Of a DNA stretch of 64,000 bases, positions 54,385-64,000 are shown one piece after another. This DNA is from Octopus sinensis (Eukaryota). The stretch is from positions 57,784,001 through 57,848,000 of the forward strand of contig NC_043002.1 of NCBI RefSeq assembly GCF_006345805.1, in the 5' to 3' direction. The position numbers and the translations under genes were made by a program. The notes under the pieces were generated by a model. It was given only the letters and a program-made list of their open reading frames with translations, had not been told where the DNA came from and searched no databases. How positions within the stretch are numbered: position 1 is the stretch's first letter; the number at the start of each line of letters is the position of its first letter.

Positions 54385-55330
54385 TTCTGTGTCTTTTTTA
54401 CTTTTGCTTGTCTCAGTCTTTGGACTGCGACCATGCTGGGGCACAGTCTTGAAGAATTTTTAGTCGAATGGAACGATCACAGTACTTTGCTTTTTATAAC
54501 CTGGTACTTAATCTATCGATTCCTTATTGCCGAACCGCAACGTTATGAGTCGTAAGCACACTAACGCCGGTTGTCAAGCAGTGATGGGGGACAAACACAC
54601 ACGCAAACACATATGTATATTCACGACGGGCTTCTTTTAGTTTCCGTTTACCAAATTCACCCACAAGGCTTTGGTCAGGCCTAGGCTATAGTAAGAAAAA
54701 CACTTGCCAAAGGCATCACACAATGGAACTGAACCCAGAACCTTGTGCGTGGGAAGCAAACTTTTTATTTCTTTATTGTCCACAAGGGGCTAAACATAGA
54801 GAGGACAAACAAGGATAAACAGAGAGATTAAGTCGATTATATCGACCCCAGTGCGTAACTGGTACTTAATTTATCGACCCCGAAAGGATGAAAGGCAAAG
54901 TCGACCACACAGCCACGCCTGCGCTTATATATCAATGCTTTCTAATATAGGCACAAGGCCTGAAATTTTGTGGAGAGGGTTTGATTGATCACATCGAACC
55001 CTATGCTCGACTGCTACTTTATTTCATCAACATCGAAAGTGGCGAAACCCAATGTCGACCTTGGCGGAATTTGACCTCAGAAAGGAAGTCGGAAGAAAAG
55101 CCACTCAGCGTTATGTCCGACGTTGTAACGATTCTGCTACTTCAGTGATTTCAAGTCTTGACACAAGGTTAGCAAGAGGACAGCGTATGTCGATTTCAAT
55201 GACCCCAGATCTTGAGCGATACTTTATTTTATCGACTGCGAAAGAATGAAAGGCAAAAGTGACCTCCGCGATATTTTAACTCAGAACGTAAATGCGTAAG
55301 AATTTTTTTCGGAGCGGTAACGTTTCTGCT
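54385..55330 (-). mobile_element. Nested SINE cluster: family B inserted into the family A head, followed by further B copies
   Basis: Family A sequence breaks at about 54765 and resumes (accacacagccacgcctgcgc) at 54905. Confidence 0.75.
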
Positions 55331-55857
55331 AGTTAACCATCTTAATGGAATATGTTAATTGTTAGTCTCTCAGCGACCGACGCCCTATTCGTTATACAAC
55401 TGCATCCGGGAATAGTTTTGATAGATACCTTATTTACGACGAGATAAGAGTAATGTCATTGCTGCCATTTGAAGAATAAGATTCTTCAAATAACTCTCCT
55501 GCTAAATTTTTGAATAGTTAAATCACTATGATATAATTTTTAAAATAAAAAATAAATAAATAAATAAATAAGATAAAAAATGTTTAAAAATAAACAATTG
55601 CTTTTAATTTGTAACTTACATATTTTGTCAAAGATAAGGAAAAGGAACGCTGATTATTTAATATTTGGGACCTAAAGAAATAACTAGAGATTAAGGAAAT
55701 AAACTGACATTTTTTGTATTTCTCTCTTTTATTTTTTAATTATTTCAGTTTGTGCACTTGAGACTGCAAGCAAAATCAGCGGGACATCCTGCGACAAGGC
55801 TGTGCCTTTAAAACCACAATTACTTGTGCCCTGAAAGGACAAGGACTGGATTTACCC

Positions 55858-56040
55858 TTAAGTTACATGTACGGGTTCTGTCCTTAAATCATAGATACAA
55901 GTTAACCTCTTAAATAGCGAGTGCAGGTTGACCACGTAAATCTCAAATACAAGCTAGGTCCTTTAAATCCCAAGTATAAGTTGGGCCCCCTAAATCCCAA
56001 ATATAAATTAGGCCCTTAAACCATAGATGCGGTCGAACTA
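55858..56040. repeat. Degenerate 26-27-bp minisatellite, about 7 units
   Basis: Units start at 55858, 55884, 55910, 55936, 55963, 55990, 56016; consensus approximately TTAAATCCCARRTRYARGTTRGGCCC. Confidence 0.7.
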
Positions 56041-56694
56041 AAACGCTTTCCACCAGTTTCCGATAACGCAAATTCCGTCATGTGACACAAATAACCCGGA
56101 TGTAAATGCCTCCGACGAGTAAAGAGAGCTGTTAAATTCGGTGCTAAGGACCAATTTTATAGTTTAAGTGAATGAATATTAAATCCTTTCGCTGATGCAT
56201 GTTAAATCTTCTAACGGTTCGATTTCAAATAATGCCAACTACTACCTATTTTACACTACTGAGGTAGTGTAAAATAATGTATTTCCAAAGAAGCCTAAAG
56301 CATTTGCAGTTAATTTGAACTCAGGGCATAAGAATCTGCAGGGAAATACTCCATCTCCTGTCTACATATGTACTACACAAATGCAGTAGATAACTTGGAT
56401 ATATTCATTTCTGTTTTAAACGAGCAAATAAACGGGAAACCGTTTGTCTCTTCTGTCTCACTTGCTGATCTACAAATGGTTTAGGAAGAAAAAAATGAAG
56501 AAAACACATTTTCTATAACTGTCTTCTTAACTATATTTTCCATTTGCAAAACGCCAAACTTCCAAAAATTATTATATACCAGAGTAGACTACGAGTTTGA
56601 AACAACTTCTTGTATTCTGTTTATTAAAGTCAATTGACATCGAAGCGGCATCTCATATGACAGAAGACGGTATGTAAATGATGATCCTTGTAGT

Positions 56695-57115
56695 ATCTAT
56701 TTCTTTATTCCCCACAGGGGGCTAAACATAGAGGGGACAAACAAGGACAGACTACGGGATTACGTCGATTACATCGACCCGTGAGCGTGACTGGTACTTA
56801 ATTTATGGACTCCGAAAGGATGAAAAGCACTGTCGACTTCAGAGGAATTTGAACTCAGGACGTAACGGCAGATGAAATACCTATTTCTTTATTACCCACA
56901 AGGGGCTAAACACAGAGGGGACAAACAAGGACAGACAACGGGATTACGTCAATTACATCGACCCGTGTGCGTGACTGGTACTTAATTTATGGACTCCGAA
57001 AGGATGAACAGCAATGTCGACTTCGGAGGAATTTGAACTCAGGACGTAACGGCAGATGAAATACCGCTAAGCATTTCGCTCGGCGTGCTAACGATTCTAC
57101 CAGCTCACCGTCTTG
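56695..57115 (-). mobile_element. SINE family B dimer (tail 1)
   Basis: Two near-identical units joined at GAAATA|CCTATTTC (56880). Confidence 0.85.
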
Positions 57116-57661
57116 TAGTATTGTCGTTGATAAATGTCTAATAACGTTAGAAATCATCATTATGCGATTTCTGATATCGAACTAATTGGATTAAATCCCT
57201 TCTAAAGTTTTCTAAATGTGTAACACTCACACGCACCGGTACACACACATGCATACACACACATATACATAAAATATACAAGCACCAGACGTCAATTTCT
57301 AAAAAGAACTAGTGAAGTGAAATTATGTAGCAACACAAAATGGCGGTGCCCCAGCATGGCCACAGCTCATGAGCTGAAACTAGATCAAATCAAATAAAAA
57401 AAGTGATATATAATAATACATAATATGTATATTCTCATCCGGAATAGAAACCAGTGCCTATGTTCTCATGTGGCACACTCGAACACTTGTAAAGGTCGTA
57501 TACATGAAACCATTGGTAGTCATAATGCTTTGTTAAACAACACCTCCTCACTGTTCAATATGAGCTTAATCTATTTCTCTCTGTCTGTCTATGTATGTAT
57601 GTATGTATGTATGTATGTATGTATGTTTGTATGTATGTAAGTATGTATGTATGTATGTATG

Positions 57662-57695
<34 letters not shown>

Positions 57696-57842
57696 ATATA
57701 TTTATATATTACTTCAGTATTTCTGTCACGTAAGATCATGAGCTGCAACGAGAATATCTTGTTTCAGTTTACATTGGCAGAGTACAGGTTCCAGGCCTGT
57801 GTAGGTTTGGACGGGAGACCATCAATGGTACATGCATATTTG

Positions 57843-57881
<39 letters not shown>

Positions 57882-58147
57882 TATATGCAAACACATATTT
57901 ACATACACACACATACATACATATATATATACACTCACATAAATATATATGTATGTGTGTGTGTCGTATATTTTCGACTCTAATACTATTTATGTTCATA
58001 TTTTCACTCTCTTCTCTCACCGAATCTGTAGAATTATATTTAGAGGACACTCGTCCATTGATGTGTGAATAAATTTATGATAGAGAGGTGAACTGCATAA
58101 AAATATATTTAGCTTTCAATAGGCGCATATATATTTACTGAGATGTC

Positions 58148-58197
<50 letters not shown>

Positions 58198-58378
58198 TGT
58201 GTGTGTGTGTCTGTGTGTGTATGTGTGTGTGTGCTGAAGTCCTCGTCAATTTGATCTTCACCATAAATTTGACTCGACTGTCAATATAGTGTCATAGCAT
58301 CCACAAATGCATAGCCGTTATTCTTAGAAGTGCTTTACAATAAATAAATATTACACACAAACACACACATACATATGT

Positions 58379-58482
<104 letters not shown>

Positions 58483-58782
58483 GGATACACAAACATGCAT
58501 ACATACATACATATTGCACGCATATAAGTACATGTGTGAAACTCTGAAGTTGCATAACATATTATTTCAGTGAGATAAATTGAGAAAGAGTGAGAGAGAC
58601 AAAAAAAGGAGAGAGAGAGAGAGAGAGAGATAGTGAGTAAAAAAGAGAAAAAGTGAGACAGACAGATAGATAGAGAAGAGACAGAATGAGTGGTAGACAG
58701 AGAGATTGAGAGAAATGAGGAAGAAGGTGCCCCCACCACCACGTCACAGAAGATATGATAAACAGATGTAGTGTGTACTTAC

Positions 58783-58959
58783 TCTTGTATCCGAGTTCAG
58801 CTCTAAGTAAAGGCATTTCACATATGACCATCCCATCTTATTTTCTACACTCAGTAGATTCCGGGTAACATTATCCAACTGTTCTTGCCTTTTCAAAGAT
58901 AACAAGGTGCGATTTAGTAGGAAGCTGCTTGTTGTTTCAAGCAAGTCCATCATCCACAT
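58783..58959 (-). CDS. Candidate exon ending phase 0
   Basis: Consensus donor AGA|gtaagt; 59 open codons MWMMDLLETTSSFLLNRTLL...LELNSDTR; no strong acceptor (possibly a first exon). Confidence 0.3.
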
Positions 58960-58984
58960 AGAGGCTCTTTATTGGCCTAGTACT

Positions 58985-59116
58985 TTTTTTTAAGTCTGTT
59001 ACATATTTTATCGGTATTTCCTTCCGAACTGCTAGGTCACGGGGTCGCAAACATACAAACTCCGGTTGTCAGTCGGTCATGTGCTATAAACAGAGACACA
59101 AAGACAGACAGACATA

Positions 59117-59154
<38 letters not shown>

Positions 59155-59400
59155 TGTATATATATAGAGAGACCGAGACTGAGACTGAGAGAGAGAGACA
59201 GCGATAGAAAGAGTGAGGGAGCGAGAGAGTAAAAGTGCGAGAGTGAGAGAGAGTGATGAGCAGTTTCCGTCTACCATATCCACTCGCAAGGCTTTGGTAG
59301 GCCTGAGGCTATAGTAGAAGACACTTGCCCAAGGTGCCACGCAGTGGGACTGAACCCAGAACCATGTCGTTGGGAAGCAAGCTTCATACCACATAGCCAT
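58985..59400 (-). mobile_element. SINE family A
   Basis: rc head GTGCCACGCAGTGGGACTGAACCC, internal CA/GA repeats. Confidence 0.8.
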
Positions 59401-59407
59401 ATATATA

Positions 59408-59460
<53 letters not shown>

Positions 59461-59464
<4 letters not shown>

Positions 59465-59665
59465 ATCCAAACATGAAAGTACAAAAAAACACAACAACGC
59501 GAGGACGTGGAACAAATATAGTATTATTGGACGCTCAGGAAAGAAGCAAAGAAGGAGGGTTTAAATGTTTCGAGCGGAGCTCTTCATCGGATACATAGAA
59601 GAAGGAAAGATCCAGAGAAGAGAAGACAGAGGAAAAAAATCGCCAACGGTACACATGCGGTCACA
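59461..59665 (-). mobile_element. Solo pLTR-like element with decayed HHR (59559-59594), ending in (TA)n
   Basis: Minus strand gtat CCGATGA a GAGC tcc GCTC GAAAC attt aaac; U4 and helix III mutated. Confidence 0.6.
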
Positions 59666-60286
59666 TATAAACATTTATGTATGTGAGAATGCAAGTATGC
59701 ATATATGAATATATACATACGTGTGTGGATGAGTGTAAACGTAAGTAATTCAATTGTAACTATTGGCACTTCTCCAATATACCAATTGTAAAATAACTCC
59801 ATGCTTTGCTTCAAAGTCCTGCCTGAAGAAAAATAAAGTTCCACTTATTAGTTTTCATTATTATCGCCAAAGATGTCAAAGATGTGTATCGGTTTCTTTC
59901 GTTTATCTTTTTAAAAGAATATTTTTGAAGAATTTATATTCTAAACAAAAAAAATGCTCAGTGAAGCAGAGACAATAAATGAGCAATCAATTTTCTTTTC
60001 TTTTTTTCCGTTTTGTTATTTATAATTAAGATATTTCTCATCAGGATAACTAGCAAACTAAAGTTTTGGAGCAATCGAATAATATTGGTATCGAATTTTG
60101 GCACAAAGCCAGCAATTTTCGGGCACAAGGCCTGAAATATTTGGGAGGGTACTAGTGCTTCACTACCTCTTAATTTATCGAGCCCGAAAGAATGGAAGGC
60201 AAAGTCGAACTCGGTCGAATCTGAACTCAGAACGTAGTGGCTAAGCATTTCGCCGGGTGTGTTAACGATTCGGCCGGCTCGGTGCC

Positions 60287-60355
<69 letters not shown>

Positions 60356-60388
60356 GTAATAATAATAATAATAATAATGACGACAACG

Positions 60389-60920
<532 letters not shown>

Positions 60921-60938
60921 ATAATAACAATAATAATA

Positions 60939-61060
60939 AATACCCTAATGCAGTACCAAGCAGTGGTTTTCGTGGCTTTTTATCTTAACTGATTGAAAGT
61001 GTTATCATGTACATCGTCTTGGTATAAAAGATGGGCTACAGCAAATAATTTACTCACAGA
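60939..61060 (+). mobile_element. 5' fragment of the (AAT)n-associated element
   Basis: aaataccctaatgcagtaccaagcagtgg matches 11987 onward, with the same start point after AAT. Confidence 0.75.
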
Positions 61061-61599
61061 TTTGTGTGTGTGTGTGTTAGTATTTGTTTGTCTCCCACTG
61101 CATACATCATCAACTAGTTTATGTCTCTTTCACTCAGGAGTTCGGCGAAATGAAAATGTACAGGGTTTGAATTCTTCAATTATACCTCTCAAGGCGATCC
61201 CCTAACATGGTCGTGGTTCATTGACTGAAACAAATAAAAGACATAACGTAAAATAGTGACATAGTGTGATTTGAGGAGAGCATGGTCGTTATTTCTAACA
61301 TCACTAGTGCCTTTGTTTAGGGTCTCTCGCTGGTTTCTAGAGTGAAATGTGATAAAGTAGCAACCACCATTCACCCTCCCTGCAGTTATAGCAGAATTAG
61401 TACCCCATAATCCAATATGTCCCACTCTTTCTTGCAAACATTAAGCTGTATTTTAAAGTTGATTTCATTGTAATTTTCTCGATGACGGAACAAATACAAG
61501 GAAGCGCATCCTGAGATCAAATCCCACCCAGTGATTTATGTAACAATCATCATTTCCATTACTCTCTCTCTCTCTCTCTCACGAATATGTTTTAAAACA

Positions 61600-62545
61600 A
61601 TATATAATAATTATTTCTGCTCTAGGCACAAGAGTATACCGCTAAATATTTCGCCCAACGTGCTAGCGATTCTGCCAGCACACCGCCTTAAAACAATATA
61701 TAATAATCCTTTCTCCTGGACGCACAAGGCCTCAGATTTGTGGGCAGGGTCTAGTCGATTACACTGGCCCCACTGTTTCAGTGGTACTTAATTTATCGAC
61801 CCCAAAAGAATGAAAGACCAAGTGGACCTCGGTGGAATTTGAACTCAGAACGTAGCGACATACAAAATACCTATTTCTTTACTACCGGCAAGGGGCTAAA
61901 CACAGAGAGGACAAACAAGGTCAGACAAACGCATTAAGTCGATTATATCGACCCCAGTGCATAACTGGTACTTATTTAATCGACCACGAAAGGATGAAAG
62001 GCAAAGTCAACCTCGGTGGAATTTGAACTCAGAACGTAGCGGCAGACGAAATACTGGTAAGCATTTCGGCCGTCGTGCTAACGTTTCTGCCAGCTCGCCG
62101 TCTTTAAAATCGAAGAAAGACCTATTTCTTTACCATCCACAAGGGGCTAAACACAGCGAGGACAAACAAGAACAGACAAACCCATTAAGTCGATTATATC
62201 GACCCCAGTGCGTAACTGGTACTTATTTAATCGAACCTGACAGGATGAAGGACAAAGTCGACCCCGGCAGAATTTGAACTCGGAACGTAGTGACATACAA
62301 AATACCTATTTCTTTACTACACACAAGGGGCTAAACACAGAGAGGACAAACAAGGACAGACAAACGGATTAAGTCGATTATATCGACCCCAGTGTGTAAC
62401 TGGTACTTATTTAATCGACCCCGAAAAGATGCAAGGCAAAGTCGATCTCGGCGGAATTTGAACTCAGAACGTAGCGGCAGACGAAATACCACTAAGCATT
62501 TCGCCCGGCGTGCTAACGTTTCTGCCAGCTCGCCGCCTTAAAACA
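61600..62545 (-). mobile_element. Tandem array of about 5 SINE family B copies
   Basis: Repeated CCTATTTCTTTACTACC...AAGGGGCTAAACACAG units of about 190-250 bp. Confidence 0.85.
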
Positions 62546-62559
62546 ATATATATCAAGGC

Positions 62560-62896
62560 AACACCAACGTCCTCTCAACCATTAATCGGAGATGATTTTT
62601 TAAATGAGAATATCGGAAATAAACTCGACTGCTCTCACAAACGAGAATACTGAAAATGAACCCGACCGCTCTCAAAACTTAAGTAAAGAAAAACATAGGA
62701 AAAATAATCCAGAATCCTTGTCCTGTACCGGATTGATCCCAAAATCTAATCAGTTTGTGCCAGTCATGAAGCCAAACATCCTTAAAAGTTTCATCAGAAA
62801 TTATACAGCGGTTCTTGAGATACCTTGTCCACGGACAAACAAACAAATAAACACGACTGAAAACAATACCTCTGCCTTCGTTAAGGCGGATGTAAT
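62560..62896 (-). mobile_element. Helentron-associated/pearl-like non-autonomous element fragment
   Basis: Terminal hairpin TACCTCTGCC-ttcgttaa-GGCGGATGTA (62867-62894) next to (AAAC)n; layout typical of molluscan pearl/HINE-like repeats. Confidence 0.55.
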
Positions 62897-62904
62897 AATG
62901 CAAA

Positions 62905-63140
62905 AAGGCGGCGAGCTGGCAGAATCGTTAGCACGCCGGGCGAAATGCGTAACCGTATTTCGTCTGCAGTTACGTTCTGAGTTTAAATTCCGCCGAGGTC
63001 GACTTTGCCTTTCATCCTTTCGGGGTCGATAAATTAAGTACCAGTTGCACACTGGGGTCGATGTAATCGACTTAATCCGTTTGTCTGTCCTTATTTGTCC
63101 CTTCTGTGTTTAGCCCCTTGTAGGTAGTAAAGAAATAGGA
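62905..63140 (+). mobile_element. Full-length SINE family B (tail 1) with 15-bp target-site duplication
   Basis: ggatgtaataatgca at 62888-62902 and 63138-63152; further degenerate copies to about 63600. Confidence 0.9.
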
Positions 63141-63865
63141 TGTAATAATGCATGATAACTAAGGCGTCCAGATGACAGAATCGCTAGCATGTCAAAGAAC
63201 ATGCATAGCGGCATGCTTTCCCACTCATTACGTCCTGAGATCTAATCCTGCCCAGGTTTACTTTTTGGGGGGTAGATAAAATATGTACCAAGTCAGCACT
63301 GGGGATCAATGTAATCAACTCATCCCCTCCCTAAAAAATTACGGGCCTTGTTTCAGAATTTGAAGCCATTTTGATATTCAATAATAATATATAAATTTAA
63401 TATTATAGGGGCGGTGAACCAGCAGAATCGTTAGCACTCCGATCAAAACGCTTAGCGGCATTTCGTCCGTCTTTACGTTCTAAGTTCAAATTCTGCTGAG
63501 GCCCACCTTGCATTTCATCCAGTTGGTAAAATGAATACCAATTGATCCCTGGATTCGATACAATCGACCTGTTCTCTCCCCTAAAAAATTACTGGCCATC
63601 GTAATATACGATAATATTATATAAATTTATTATCATATGATACCGTACATTATAGCATCGTGTAAAATAATTATCAATGTTTCAATGACAATAAATAAAT
63701 AAATATTGACACATCCTAACAAATTCTTAGCGATATCAGAAAACAAAGAATTCGTTAATTATGATACAGCTGACTTGAGGGTGCAACTGACCAGAATGGT
63801 CAGAAATTTCATTGTTGTGTTACCAAATTAATGTCTGGAAGAACCTAATGAAGTCAGTCCTACAC

Positions 63866-63898
<33 letters not shown>

Positions 63899-63939
63899 AT
63901 ATATATTATATATATATATATATAATATATATATATATA

Positions 63940-63980
<41 letters not shown>

Positions 63981-64000
63981 ATATATATATATATATATAT

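Noticed and set aside
61600-62545. CRISPR-like or satellite array
   Set aside because: Units are diverged SINE monomers without unique spacers, in a eukaryotic context.

Overview
Repeat-dominated, AT-rich animal genomic DNA, most likely a cephalopod (Octopus-like; inferred from microsatellite density and the tRNA-derived SINE families). One 100-N assembly gap lies at 44360-44459. There is no intact, recognisable protein-coding gene, and most ORFs in the track are microsatellite artefacts. Real content: three tRNA-headed SINE families (arbitrarily labelled A, B, C; many copies, tandem arrays, nested insertions); a near full-length but disrupted Tx1/L1-type LINE between (TATC)n arrays; three distinct R4/Dong-type RLE LINE pieces plus a non-coding passenger element, all in (AAT)n arrays; Tc1 and mariner transposase remnants; MITEs; a Helentron-like non-autonomous element; Penelope-like RT/GIY-YIG remnants; and several candidate minus-strand exons of an unidentified host gene. 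The main unexplained signal is about 13 minimal type I hammerhead-ribozyme (HHR) motifs from at least 5 unrelated families, mostly beside (TA)n tracts. They include a non-coding ~900-bp element with two intact tandem HHRs 470 nt apart (retrozyme-like), a head-to-head HHR palindrome with stem covariation, an intact HHR with a palindromic ACCGGU helix III, and a Penelope-linked family with a fixed A6-to-U core variant. All structures were paired by eye; none were computed.
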